Positions 43,883 through 57,570 of a stretch of 64,000 nucleotides of DNA are shown here, piece by piece. This DNA is from the human T2T-CHM13v2.0 reference genome, Homo sapiens. The DNA is taken from the NCBI RefSeq assembly GCF_009914755.1, contig NC_060935.1; one strand, given 5' to 3'. Both the position numbers and the translations under genes were made by a program. The notes under the pieces were generated by a model. That model saw only the letters and a list, made by a program, of their open reading frames with translations. It was not told the DNA's origin and did no database searches. The first letter of the stretch is position 1. The number at the start of each line of letters is the position of its first letter.

Positions 43883-46003
43883 AAGGCCCATGAACTAAGA
43901 AAGTTTGGGAGTCTCTGCAGCAGGTGTTTTTAAGTCTCTGTTCATGGAGCCAAGAGGAGTTCCCAGGGCAGGCCCAACCCAGCCCCAGAAGTGGGCAGGA
44001 GTCAACATTCAGGCCTGTGGCAGCACACTCAGGCTTCCCAGAGTGGCTGGTAGAATAACCCCTCTGCCTGAACAGAAGTGCCTGCACACCAGTTATCCCT
44101 CAGCCCAGGCGCCTGCACATCCACATCAGCCTCACCCTAGGCTCCCAGGCACCCCTCTGAACTCCCTCCCTGAAAAGCTCTATTCAGCTCCAACCTCATG
44201 AATAAAACCCAAAGACAGCCCAGAAGCCTGCCGGCCAGCAGGGGTCTTCCACACACGCTCAGACTTGGGCAATGTCCACAAGCCAAATCATTAATCCAAA
44301 GAGACAGGGAGCAATGGGAACCAAGGAGAGGGCTTCCACTGACAGACCATCCACTGAAAGGCCAACTCAGGCTTTCTGGGTGAAGTTCTGCACGAAAATA
44401 CCTTCTTTGTTCCCACGGGGTTTCTTGCCAGCTATGCGCCCCCCCTCCATTCTTCCTTGAAGTCATAATCCTCTGTTGGTGACATCACAGCTGTTGATAC
44501 AATAGTCAACTGTTGTGATGTCACATGACTCAACTTTTGTCATTTTAGGTGGGGGTGCTGGGTTGGAGAATGTGACAGAGGACAAGAATAGAATACAGTT
44601 ATAGAACTGGAATTCGCTTTTTCATGCTAATTTCCCTGGTAATGAAGGGCAGTGACTCAGAAAAGGAAAGGCAAGCCTCTGGCAGCAAGGCTGTGTGTAG
44701 ATTCGTCTATACCAAGGGAAGGATGGTGGGGAGGCAGGGAGGAGACAAAAGAAAAGAATTTCGAATTCCAGGATTGGCCAAATATGAAGATGATCTCAGT
44801 CTGGCCAAGTCCAGGACCTTCTCTTTCCCTCACCTATCGCCTGAGCCCAGAGTAAGGAGAGGCTCCAGGCTGGAACACTCCCTGGAAATTAATGCGTGGG
44901 AGGTGGTATTCTGTTGTGGACTCCCAACTGGCAGAGGGACAGACTATCAGTTTGGACTGAGTCCTAAGGACAGTGACCAGGATGGAGAGGGCACTCAGAA
45001 GCATGTCACAGGAGAAATGACGGAAGGAACTGAGAATGTTTACCCTGGAGAAGAGAAGGCTGTGGAGCGGGGAGGGTGATCATTGGCTTGGGAATTCGGA
45101 AAGGCTCTCGTGTGAAAAAGGGATTAGATGTGTTTTCTAGGGTCCCCCAAGGAGACCTCAGAAAATGAGAGACCCTGAGAGGCCAAAATGAAGAAGTTTT
45201 AATTCTTAAATTCCATTTGGAGACTATCAATTCTTTTTAATTCCTTATTTCTCAATTACAGAATACGTTCCAGAGGACAAGGACTGTGTTGTTCATCACA
45301 GTATTCCAGAACTTAAAAGGAACTGGCACATAATTGGAGCTTACTAATATTCGTCAAAAAAATGAACAAATGAGGCAATGACAGTGGTCTTGTGAAGCTG
45401 CTGCTATTTACAGGGACTCACTCATTCCGCAAGTATTTTTTGCACCTCCTACCACACTCCACTCAGTTACATGCTGGGAATACCACAGTAAAGGTAGATA
45501 AGATTAGTCTACCCCCTCGCCTTTGAGATGGGCATGGGTGGCACCTAAGGTCGCTTTCAATACTGAGATTCCTAGATTCTTAGAGTTGACTAAAAAGTTT
45601 AAAACTGAGAGGAAAGAGTACCCCAAGGGCCACAGATTAACCCTCCCTTCTACTATCACCACTAGAGATCTGGTAATGAAGGGCAGTGACTCAGAAAAGG
45701 AATGGCAAGCCACTGGCAGCAAGGGTGTGTATAGACTCATCTATACCAAGGGGAGTTGGGAGAACAGGGAGGGACAAAAGAAAGAGATCTAGATCGAGCT
45801 GTTCCTTCTTTCTGAGCTGGGAGAGGCCTCTCGGTGAGAAAGCACTGCCAGACCGGACGAGAGCAACCAGGCTGGGCACTTATCCAAGTACCCCTCCCCA
45901 CCCTGAGACAGAGTGGGCTCCCTCAACCCAGCAATAAAATCTGTATGGCCCAGTTAGGTAATATAAGGTATTACATATGACCTCACTTCCCTCAAGGATC
46001 TTT

Positions 46004-46304
46004 AATTTATTTATTTATTTATTATTTAGAGATTAGGTCTTGCTCTGTCTCCCAGGCTGGAGTACAGTGATATAGTAATAGCTCACTGCAGCCTAAAACT
46101 TGGGCTCAAGTGATCCTCTTGCCTCAGCCTCCAGAGTGGCTGGGACTACAGGTGCATGTAACCATAGCCAGCTAAGTTTTTAAATTTTTTGTAGAGATAC
46201 GGGTTTTGCTATTTTGCCCAGGCTGGTCTCAAACTCCTGGCCTTAAGTGATCCTCCTGCCTCCCAAAACACTGGCATTACAGGTATGAGCAACCGTGCCT
46301 GGCC
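46004..46304 (-). mobile_element. AluJ with a (TTTA)n tail
   Basis: Antisense dimer. Confidence 0.88.
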
Positions 46305-46981
46305 AAATGTGCTATTTTCTAATGTGGTTTGTAAACTGGTCAGGAAACAATTCCCAAAGAGGAATCAAATCTACCATCAGGTGAGCAGACCCCTTTAGTA
46401 GATGTGACTAGCAGGCTATGGTCACAGCTTATACTTTCTCCCTTTTCCCAAAGTCCTCAATCTCCCTGTAGGAAGCTTGGGGAATGTGCCTCCTGCCCTC
46501 TTCTGGACTAGTCAGCATGCTCACCAAGCACACTAAAGCCACCCAAGTCACAGCTGACTCATGCCATTGCTCTTTGTAATGAGGTATGACATGTTTCTAA
46601 GCTCTTGTATATTTTCATATTTGTAGCCTACAATTAGGCATTTTTGAGGGATGTAGCTGACTAGGGGTTCTGTTCAGTGACCTATAATTATACACTCAGG
46701 CATCATGGTCAATCCAGGCAACTCTCAGGCCTGCAGGAACCTCATGGAAGAAGCCACTTGGCTCTAAGAAGCTCCAGAGAATACTGTAGTAATGTGGCTT
46801 AGAAGGGCCACACTGCCCCTCCTTGCTGCTCTTGGAGGCACTCCCCCTATGTCCCCTTCATCTCCCTTATCACTCACTGCCTGACTCAGCAATGCCTGCC
46901 AAGCCCAAGTGCTGACACATTTGTGTATCTAGTGCCAGCAGAGAACCACTTTGAGGGACACAGTCTCCACTGCCAAGGTAA

Positions 46982-47323
<342 letters not shown>

Positions 47324-47604
47324 TAAAGCAACTTCTAAAAACTCCCATAAGCGTCTCGTCTTAGAAAAAAGGGGTCACACACCTGCTGCTCATGGGACCC
47401 TGCAGTCAGCTGCTGTGCCTCCGCTCTGAGCCAGCCTTTTTGTCACCTGTTGCAGTGGCCACACTGATCCTAATCCTCCCCCATGCAAATGCCTACCACC
47501 CAGCTTTACCACTGTTCCCCTGGCTGGGAAAGAAGGACTGGTTTAGCACAAAAAATCTGTCCCTTATGACATTTCACATATACATTTGGCCCCAATAAAA
47601 CTCA

Positions 47605-47778
<174 letters not shown>

Positions 47779-48467
47779 TTAACAGCAGCTCAAATCCTGG
47801 CATTTAATCAAAGAGACTGCCAGTAGCCCACCTTGTGTAGCTGTGAAGGGCAACTGTGGCCCATGCTCAGAGCAGCATCTGCATTAAGTATGAGCCCAGT
47901 ATCTAAACTACAATTACTTTGCAAGTTTCCCTTCTTCCCCAATGCAAAGTACTTTAGAGTACTTTATACTTTTCAAAAACACTTTCACGTATTATCTCAT
48001 TTGAGTCTACCAATAAGCCCAATAGGATTAAATGCAAAAGGTATCTTCTCCATTTCACAAAGGAGGAGGCTGGGGCTCAGGAAGGCTAAGCATCTTGCCC
48101 TCGGTTCACTCAATTAGTAAGAGTAGAACCAAGTCCAGAATTGCTCTGCAATCTTCATAAATCAACAATTAGTAGTCACTACTTCATAGAGACATTGTAA
48201 GGATAAATGAATTAACATATGTAAAGTGCCTGGAATAGTGTCTGGCTCATAGTTAGGACTATGTTATCATTATTAACAGTATAATCACCACCACCCAGAA
48301 TCCTCAATTCCAAAGCTACAGCTCTTTTCCTTCTATCCTGCTGCATTTTGCTCAGAAAATAGTTTCATCTCACCTTGAGTGAGTCCAGACCTAATCCCTA
48401 TAGTCAGTCTATGGAACCCAGAACTCACTGGGCTTTTTTTCTTTTTTCTAATTTATTTAAAAAATCT

Positions 48468-48610
48468 TTTTATGAGCAGGGTCTTGCTCTGTCACCCAGG
48501 CTGAAGTGCAGGGGCATCATTATAGCTACTGCAGCCCTGAACTCCTGGCTAAAATGATCCTCCTGCCTCAGCCTTCCCAAGTAGCTGGGATGATAGGTGT
48601 GCACCACTGC
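48468..48610 (-). mobile_element. Alu right-arm fragment
   Basis: GGTCTTGCTCTGTCACCCAGGCTG...GTAGCTGGGA. Confidence 0.8.
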
Positions 48611-49149
48611 ACAGACTCTATCTTGCCACTCCACGAACGACTCCATACTTGTGTGCACAGGGAAGTACGCACACCCCACCTTTTCTGCCAGTCTGACACT
48701 CATCTCCTAGCCTCTCTGATAGCACTTATGCCATGTTAGACACCTTTCTGTGGTTTGCCCTGCCTGCAGTACATGACCTTCACTTAGATCCAATTCTTCA
48801 TTCATTTAGTTTCTTTCTTCAACAATCATTTCACAAGCACCTACCCTTTACTAAGCCCCATACTAGAGGCTTTTCCTCGAAAACATATCAAATGAAATGT
48901 GCAAGAGCAGCGGGATGCACAAGGAGCTGTGGCAGCACAAAGACGCCAGAAAGTAACCGTCAGCAGGCAGCACAAAAGATTTCAGAGGAGGCAAAGCTAA
49001 AATGGGTTTTAGAGCAACTAGAGTGCTCTCAGCAGACAAGGGGAGAAAAGGACATTCCACGCTATGGGGAACAGTATATACAAAGGAATACAAAGCAGAA
49101 TCATATAGAGTATGGGGTATACAATCTCACACTACCAGCATGCAGGGGC

Positions 49150-49288
49150 TGTGAGTGTGTGTGTGTGTGCGTGTGTGCACATGTGTGTTACTGTGAGATA
49201 AATATATCTATGTATTCCATATATAAAATAATGAATATATATAGATATCTCTCTACATATAATAAGGAATATATATATGTGTATATAT

Positions 49289-49320
<32 letters not shown>
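49150..49320. repeat. Compound (TG)n / AT-rich / (GA)n simple repeat
   Basis: Read directly. Confidence 0.9.
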
Positions 49321-49876
49321 CCTTCTTCCCAGTTCTGGGCACAGCTTCAAAAACCCTTGGCATTTCCTGAGGGATGGGGGTGAGAGGAGCCTACTTTGTG
49401 ATTCATAACAAGTCCCTCTACCATACCTGAATTTATGCTAATGAAGTGAGGATTTATTTCTTACGGTTCCAGAGGCTTGGAAGTCTTAAGATTGATGGCT
49501 GAATCTGGTGCGGGCCTTCTTCCTGCATCATCCCATAGCAGAAAGGCAGAAGGGCACAACAGTACACACAAAAGAGAGAGAGGGCAGGAGGGGGCCGGAC
49601 TTGTTTTTATCAGAAACAAACTCTAGCAATGACAGCATTAATCCATTCATGAGGGTGGAGCCCTCATGGCCCAATCACTCTGAAGGGTCCTACCTCTTAA
49701 TACCATCACAATGACAATCAGATTTCAACATGAGTCTTGGAGGGGACATTCAAAATATGGCATGCCGACATAGTGAAACTTCCATAAAAACCCAAAACTT
49801 CTGAGTTCAGAGAGCTCCCGGGTTGGTGAACACATCAAGGTGCCGGGAGGGTGGTGCACCCTGAGAGGGAATGGAA

Positions 49877-49912
<36 letters not shown>

Positions 49913-50320
49913 AAAATTTTGCCCTATGCATCTCTTCCATTTGGCTGTTCCTGAGTTGTATCCTTAATAAACTAATAGTAATATAATACTAATAGTAGGG
50001 TTAATAGTAAGTCAACTGTTTTTCTGAGTTCTGTGAGCCATTCTAGCAAATTACCAAACCTGAGGAGGGGGTTGTGGGAACCGATCCCTCCAACTTTATA
50101 GTGAGTTGGTCAAAAGTATGGGTGGCCCTGACTTGTGATTAGCATCTGAAGTGGGGACAGTCTTGTCCCCACTTAATCTGTGGAGATTATGCTAGCTCCA
50201 GGTAGTGTCAAAATTGAATTAAATTGTAAGAAACCCCAGTTGGTGTCCAGAAAGTTTGGCAAATTGGCAAATGTGAGAGAAAAAACCCCACACATTTGGT
50301 GTCAGGAGTGTTGTGAGTAG
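49321..50320. mobile_element. MER21-type LTR, interrupted by an MST/MaLR LTR fragment (about 49450-49760) and a (CA)n tract (49882-49911)
   Basis: MER21 motifs (AAAACCCTTGG.ATTTCCTGAG, TTTATGCTAATGA, CCCTATGCATCTCTTCCATTTGGCTGTTCCTGAGTTGTATCC); MST motifs (CATTAATCCATTCATGAGGGTGGAGCCCTCATG). Confidence 0.75.
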
Positions 50321-52641
50321 CAATATATCATACTAATAGTAGAGTGAGTGTGAGAGTGTGGGTGTGTGTGAGAGAGAAGGAAACAGAGACAGGGAAAGAA
50401 ATTAGATATGGGATGGTGCAAAATGAGGCTAGAAAGGCAGGGATAGGCCTAGAGTGCCATGACCAGGGGACACCTGGGCGGCTCCAGCGTTCCAGCAACC
50501 TTACACACTGAAGCCTCAAGGGCATCTCCCTCCAAACTGCCTGGGGGTGGCAGGCAGCTGGGACAACAAACATCAAGCCTGCCTTTCCAGGGGTGAGTGG
50601 CAATCCCAACTCCTTGGGTATGCTTACAGCGCACCAATTTTCAATGCAAAATCCTTTAACAACTGTTTTCTCTCTCTTTCTGTCTTTCCTTCCCCTCCTC
50701 CTAAAGAAGAGCTGTTTATCCCTCTTCTCATTTCTGCCCCGCTCTGAGCCCTGAGTTTTAGTGCCAGTGCTTTTACACAAATCCAGCTTTACATCTTGAG
50801 TGAAATATAATTTCATAGGAATGTAATTCTGGAATGATCTCATTGAAAAAGCACATCCAGCAAAGGCCATGAGCAGACTTCAGGCCAGCCCATTCACACC
50901 CAGAGCCAAGAAGACTGCAGACCCCTTTCCCTTAAATGGAGAATGTGCCTGGGACCCAAAGCAAAGCACACCAGCTACCTAGGGATATTCTCCTGCCTAC
51001 AGCCAGCCAGCCTGCCTGCCTGCAGACCACGGCCAGGGCCCACAGCAGCGACCACCATGAGCCACTCTGGCACCATACAAGGACAGACTCGAGGGCATCC
51101 AAGCAAACAGGCCTCACCCCAGAGACGCTGCCTCTGACCCTCGGGAGGGCTCTGGCTCCATGCCATCAAACATGAGCTGAAAATATTAACACTCCCCTGT
51201 CATAGCCCCATCAGAGACAGAAGAGTATCCAGAAGCCCAGCTGCTAAAGATCCTCCCCACACCTACCTGCCTTCCTAACTCTCAGAAACCCAATTACCAT
51301 CTGACCCTATTGAGACAGAGTCAGAAAGTGGGGCATTTGACTCTGAAACTAGATGTCAAAGCCAGGCCCAGCCCAGTCCAGCAGAGCTGAGGCAGAGCAG
51401 AACTGGGGAAGAAATAATGTAGTCTGATGGACGCTCAAAAAATCCTACTGAAAAAAATTACCAAGTTGGAATCTCTGGAAAAAATGTCCTCATTCCAAAT
51501 CTGTTCCCCACCCCCAATGAATTCTCATAAAATGGACCAGAAAAGGAGGAAAAAAAAAATTAATGGCTTGCAGGGTCTATGGGAACTCTCTGTCTCTCTG
51601 TACTATCTTTGCAACTGTTCTGTAAATCTGAAACTATTCTAAAATGTAACATTTATAAAAAATAATGGCTTATCACAGTTTCCTCTGTAAGAAACAATGG
51701 GAAAAGGGTGATCTTTGGGTATGAAACTCTGCCTCTACCAGCTATGAAGCTTTGGATGTGTTGCCTACCCTCTGTAAGCTTCAGTTTTCTCATCTGTAAA
51801 ATGGAGAGAACAGTTCCAACCACGAAGTGCTGTTGTACAGATTGAGTAAGATAGTGCATGCAAAGGACTTACCACTGCTAAAAGTGCTTTCTTTCTGGGC
51901 AGCAGCAGTTTCTCTGCTCAGTCAGCCTTCACGTTGGGTTCTTGACAACTGCAGCTGGAGACCCTACCTCCACCCTTCAGCCCTACCTGTCTTTATGACT
52001 AGCAGTCTCTTCCAGAAACGGCAGGACACTTTAATCCCAAAGCACAGTAATCACCTGAAAGGCTGAAGGCTGCCTTATAGCAAGTTCTGACTAGTGAAAG
52101 CACACCTTTGTTGACAGAAACATGTTCTCCTTCCTGCTTTCCCTTCCTCCATTAGAATCTAGTGTCACTGCCATTAGCTGAATGACTTTCCTAAGGGTTA
52201 CAGGGATCCATCAGAAGGAAAGCCAGAAGCTGACAGAGTTGCGCTTCTGACAGAGAGGAAGTGTGCTCTCAAAATCGCCACAGAAGATTCTTCCCCTTCA
52301 GTAGCACCACTACCATCCACCATCTCATCACCACCACCCCAACTCCTGGCTGTGCCCTGCTCCCATCCTGGCCCCACATGAAGCTGGGCTGATAAACTAC
52401 AAATCCACAAGTCAAGGGGCACAGCAAGTTCCCCAAAACCAAGACATATGTCTCAAGGCTGGGCAGGAAGTTGCCCCCAGGCCCTGAAGCCCAACCCCGG
52501 GGCCTCAGACACCTTGCCTCTTGTCTATAGGATGATGTTACTTGCTTCTCCCCTGGGGAGACTGAGATGAGTGGGCAGTCTAGGAACCCTATCTAGGTCT
52601 TCTTATTTTTTTCGTTTTTTTTTTTTAATTATTATTTTCAC

Positions 52642-52931
52642 TTTTTTTTGAGACAGAGTCTCTCTCTGTTGCCTAGGCTGCAGTGCAATGGCGTGATCTT
52701 GGCTCACTGCAACTTCCACCTCCCAGGTTCATGAGATTCTCCCACCTCAGCCTCCTGAATAGCCGGGATTACAGGGGCCCACCAACACACCTGGCTAATT
52801 TTTGTATTTTCAATAGAGACGGGGTTTCACCATGTTGGCCAGGGTGGTCTCGAACTCCTGACCTCAAGTGACCCGCCCGCCTTGACCTCCCAAAGGGCTG
52901 AGATTACAGACGTGGGCCACTGTGCCTGGCC
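52642..52931 (-). mobile_element. AluS
   Basis: Antisense dimer. Confidence 0.9.
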
Positions 52932-53882
52932 CCCATCTGGGTCTTATAAGTGGATGGACTAGAGACCAAGGAAAGAATCAGGTGAAGAAAGGTATAGCTC
53001 TGATGTCGTGTTATCTCCTTGAAAATCACTCACAAGAATGTCAAATACTTAAAAAAACAAAAAACTCTCCCAAGACAAAAGAGAAGTCCAATCTCACCCT
53101 GAAAATTTACTGTCCAAATAAGGGAGCAGTCAGTGCTAGAACAGTCAGGCTGTTCCAACTCCAAAAAGCCCTGGGAGAGAGGCAGTTCCCGGGCTTCAGA
53201 TTCCACTGACAGGTTGTAACCCCTCAAAGCCACTAATGGGCACATTCTAGTGGCTAATTCCTCTGACCTTCCAGATGGCTGGGGTGGGGACACACCCCAG
53301 CTGAGACCCAAGGACACTGGTTCCTGGCAGGGAGCATGCAAAATCTCAGCAGCTCCAACCAGGCCAGATTAACAGCCCCATGCTCAAGGACACGCTGCCG
53401 GAAGCAGGACCCAGGAGGAAGACGTCCTTGGAGCCATTTCTTCTTTAACCAAATAAGAGCCAAATATAGCCAAATATGAAGAAACAATGTCATCTTCTTT
53501 GAAATTTTTCTCCACTTTATCACCTCATACCTAGTTTACTGCAATGGTCTCTGGTTATACAGAGAGCACTTTATCCAGTGCCAGCCCATAGGAGGCACTA
53601 AATAAATGTTAAACAGTATTATTGTATGACAAGCTCCCCTTTATTCTTCTACCTCCAGTCCTCTCTGCTCATAAGTGACAGACTAAGCATCCTGGAATGT
53701 CAGTATCATCATGTCATTCTTCTGGGCTCCTTAACCGCCAATCACACCAGACTCAGGTTCCCTTAATTGGTTCCAACCAATCTCACTTTCCAATTCTTCC
53801 TTCCCTCTTCAGCCAGCCCTGGCCCTACCACCCTCCCCAGACCTGCCCACACAGAGATACACAGACTTGCACATGCACACAG

Positions 53883-53895
53883 ACACGCGCGCGCG

Positions 53896-53944
<49 letters not shown>
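53883..53944. repeat. (CG)9(CA)~20 alternating purine-pyrimidine microsatellite
   Basis: Read directly. Confidence 0.95.
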
Positions 53945-53947
<3 letters not shown>

Positions 53948-56900
53948 CCTCTCTCCAGGCAGGACACCTTCTGCTCCAAACATGTCCACGTGTCCATTTC
54001 TGCCCCATGTTTCTGGGCTCAAATCACTGGCAGCCTGGAGTGCTCTCCTTCTTCCTCTCTGCTTATCCAACTCCTAGTATGCTCCAAGGCCCAGGCCAAG
54101 GTCCCCTGAAGCTCAGGCTGAGAAGCCATTCAATCCACAAACAATGACCAAGCACCTGCCTTGTGCAAGACACTAGCCCAGTCACTGAGGACACAGGAAG
54201 GAAAACAACACAGTCCTACAGGCTCCTGACCGGTGGGAGGGGCTTCAACATGAACTGCTCTGCTCACCTGAACCATGCAGGCAGCAGAGTCAACCACCAG
54301 ACATCGCAGGCAGCTTGCTGTGCCACTTGTAGGGGTAAGGTGAGGGCAGCACATGAAACCCAGCTAGATGGGGTCTTCTTACCTTTCAAGACTTCAACCT
54401 TTCAAAGAAGCCACCACGGCCTAGTGGCTTAGAATATATTCTATTATAAGAACCTTCATTCTCTGTGACCACCTTGGGTAGCACTGCCCCATCTTGCTTT
54501 AGAATTTTATCAGCTAGGCTGGGTCCAACCTCATTCAATAATAGCCATGGTCAACTACCTCTCCTTAGTGCCAGGCAAAAGCCTCACATCCCTGCCCTAA
54601 GCCAGGGAACAGAGAGAGAATGATCTCCTTAGGGGTTCCTAGGCCTGATGCTACTTGACTACAGAGATGATGGGGGTCACATGGGAGCCAACCCTTAGGC
54701 CTCTTTAGGGAAAAAGGGTAATCTGCAATTCTGACCATAGGAGTAACTCCACCCTTCCCTCTCTTATTTAAGAAAGCTTATGAGAGAGTGAATGGGCTTG
54801 CTATTATTATAGGTATAATCTTGCATACCTTCTAAATTATAAGAATAGGTAACCCATTTAAGATTACTTTGGTCCTTTAACTCCTGTAGTAACAAATGCC
54901 ACGTGATACATGCCTCACATCTAGTCCTAAGCTGCTAGTGAGTTACAGTGCCTGGAGAGAAGCAGCTGCTATGAGCTTCCAGTGTGCCACCCCCACCCAG
55001 GCACCCCACCTTGGATAGCCAAGAGGGCTACCTGGGTAAAAAAGAGATCCTAAGACAGACTTGTAAGCTCAACCCAGAGGGTAATCCTAATTCATTTCCC
55101 CCTGCCCAGGGGAGACAAATGTTGCTATATCAATGACTGGGGAAAAGGCCCACATATTTTTCATGTCTCACCCTCAGACTGGAGTGGCGTCTCACTGCTT
55201 CTAGAAGATTGGAACTATTACTGACTTGGTATTCATATGGACCAAAGGTACCTCCTGTTGGACATTCCTTAGGCCTGTCACATATGGTCCAAGAAAGCAG
55301 TAAGATGGAAAAGAGAGACCAGCTAAGAGCTACTCCAAATGCCCACACCATCAGATGATCATCCCAAGTGTCAGAGATATCTGTGAATCAAGTGCTCAAA
55401 GCTACACACATTGGGAGTGCTCTAAAATTCCTATCAATACAGTTATTCTTTTTCCCAGAACCAGAAGAGGCTCTCTTGATGTAATCTTAGATACCAGGGA
55501 ATATAATGTTCAACCCAGGGAAAAAAAAGAGAGAACACCTAACCCATCCCTACTTATATTTCCAGCAGTGGAGACTCACAGTCTTCCTCATCATCCATCC
55601 TCCCTGTAATCTACCTGAACCTCAAGTCTCTGAATAAGCTTATCTCACATGTGACTTAGCTGTTGCTTTTTATAGCATGAACTATTCAGCCTCCTACTAA
55701 GACCATCTTTTCCAGAGAGGCTGAATGGGTCTCAGTCTCTACTAAGGAAGCTCACATCCTTCAGGAGCTTACCCAAAACAACAGTCACATATTTAGGCAT
55801 GCTGGCTTGTACAGCTCAGGTCAGCCAGAAAGGCCACAGCAGCTGCTGACCATTATACCACATGTGAGCACTAACGGGGATCAATGAGTCAAGCCTTGAA
55901 AGGGCAGAACAGAAGGAAAGAAGTTACCATTGGCCCTTGGATCACCAGCAACTAGCTCGAAAGAGTCTGCCTAATGAGGACTGCATCCAGCCATAACGAG
56001 CACCTAGTCTTTGAAGCCTGTGGCATCCAGACAGTATCACTTCCTACTTGACTGCTTTCAGGGGGCCTTCCACACAGCCACCCCTTACACTACACCCATC
56101 TCCAAGGCTGAAGAGAAGACCTAGTGCACACTATCTTGAGAGGCTTAGCCACACATTTCAGTCCCCGTCCACATCCACCCTCCCCCTGCCCCTGACAGCT
56201 CAAATATTCAGTCTCCACATGTGTCTATGTGCCTGTGTGTCTGTGTTTTATTTATACTACCCATGTCTGTTGTTAGCAACAGAAACAAAGTACTTTAAGG
56301 CAGAAAAGGCAAGTCTGCCAATTGGCTTGCTGCTCCCCGCCTGCTTCCAGCTCAGGGAAGGGCTGGTAAATGATCCCTCCAGCTCCAATCTACCATGTGT
56401 GCCTACAGCTCCCACGTACCCGGGGGCTGGGAGGCATGGTGCCAGTTTGGCCCACATTAGTCACTGCTGCATGGGGTGCCGGCCATCACCTCTCTCTCTT
56501 CTTCCCTGGAGGGCACACCCTGAACACCTGATTCTGTCACCTGCCTAAATGCTGATTACTGTCGAAAGGCAGAGCTTCAGAAGCCAGAATTCAAGAAACC
56601 CATGGTAAAGATGAAAGGGCAGTTCCTCCCCAGACTCAAGACTCTGGAGAACTAGCCCAGGCTAAGTTCTACTTTCACGTCTTTCCATTCCCACTTCAGT
56701 TTTTCTGCTACTGATAATCTTCCAAGTTCCAATAGCAGGCTCCCTAATAACATTGACAGTAATTATTGATCACCACTTTGTTTTAGCTGAGAGAACAAAA
56801 CATGAGATGTGATTCTTACATGTGGGGAGCTCACAGACGAATGTAGGGCACTGAGACACAACAGCAAACGATGCAAGTGTGGGACACAAACTAGAAAGAC

Positions 56901-57240
56901 AGGACAATGGAGTGGTGGAGGGGACAGAGCAGCTCTGGACGGGGCTTCTGTGGGAGAGGAAATGTGAGCCAGACTGTAAAGGACAAACAGTAGCTGGACA
57001 GAATGAGACAGAAGACTGTTTGAGATGAAGAATGAGACTATGACTCAAGGTCCCAAGGCAGAGAGAGTGGCAAATATCACACCCATAGTGTTTTTCTCAC
57101 ATTCAACTGAGGCTCAGCCCTAGCAGGTATGGAGGAAGGAAAGTGGTGTGACTTGGTAAAAACAGAACCCTCCCCTCTGGGTTACCATGCTCTCCAGCCT
57201 CTCTGCACCTACCTCTGCCAAAAGCATGCTCGGGGTTTCC

Positions 57241-57570
57241 TTTTTCTTTCTTTTCTTTCTTTCTTTCTTTTTTTTTTTTTTTTTTGAGACGAAGTTTCAT
57301 TCTTGTTGCCCAGGCTGCAGTACAATGGTGGAATCTCGGCTCAACACAACCTCTTACCTCCCGGGTTCAAGTGATTTTCTTGCCTCAGCCTCCTGAGTAG
57401 CTGGGATTATAAGCATGCACCACCACACCGGCTAATATTTTGTATTTTCAGTAGAGACAGGGTTTCTCCATGTTGGTCAGGCTGGTCTCGAACTCCTGAC
57501 CTCAGGTGATCCGCCCCGCCTCAGCCTCCCGAAGTGCTCGGATTACAGGCGTGAGCCACCACGCCCGGCC
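57241..57570 (-). mobile_element. AluSp/Sq-like
   Basis: Antisense dimer; GGTTTCC flanks. Confidence 0.9.

Noticed and set aside
48733-49383. 216-aa ORF
   Set aside because: Runs through degraded repeat and (TG)/(TA)/(GA) microsatellites; no recognisable protein.
53697-54147. ORFs with (RA)n(HT)n or (CV)n repeats
   Set aside because: Translations of the CG/CA microsatellite.
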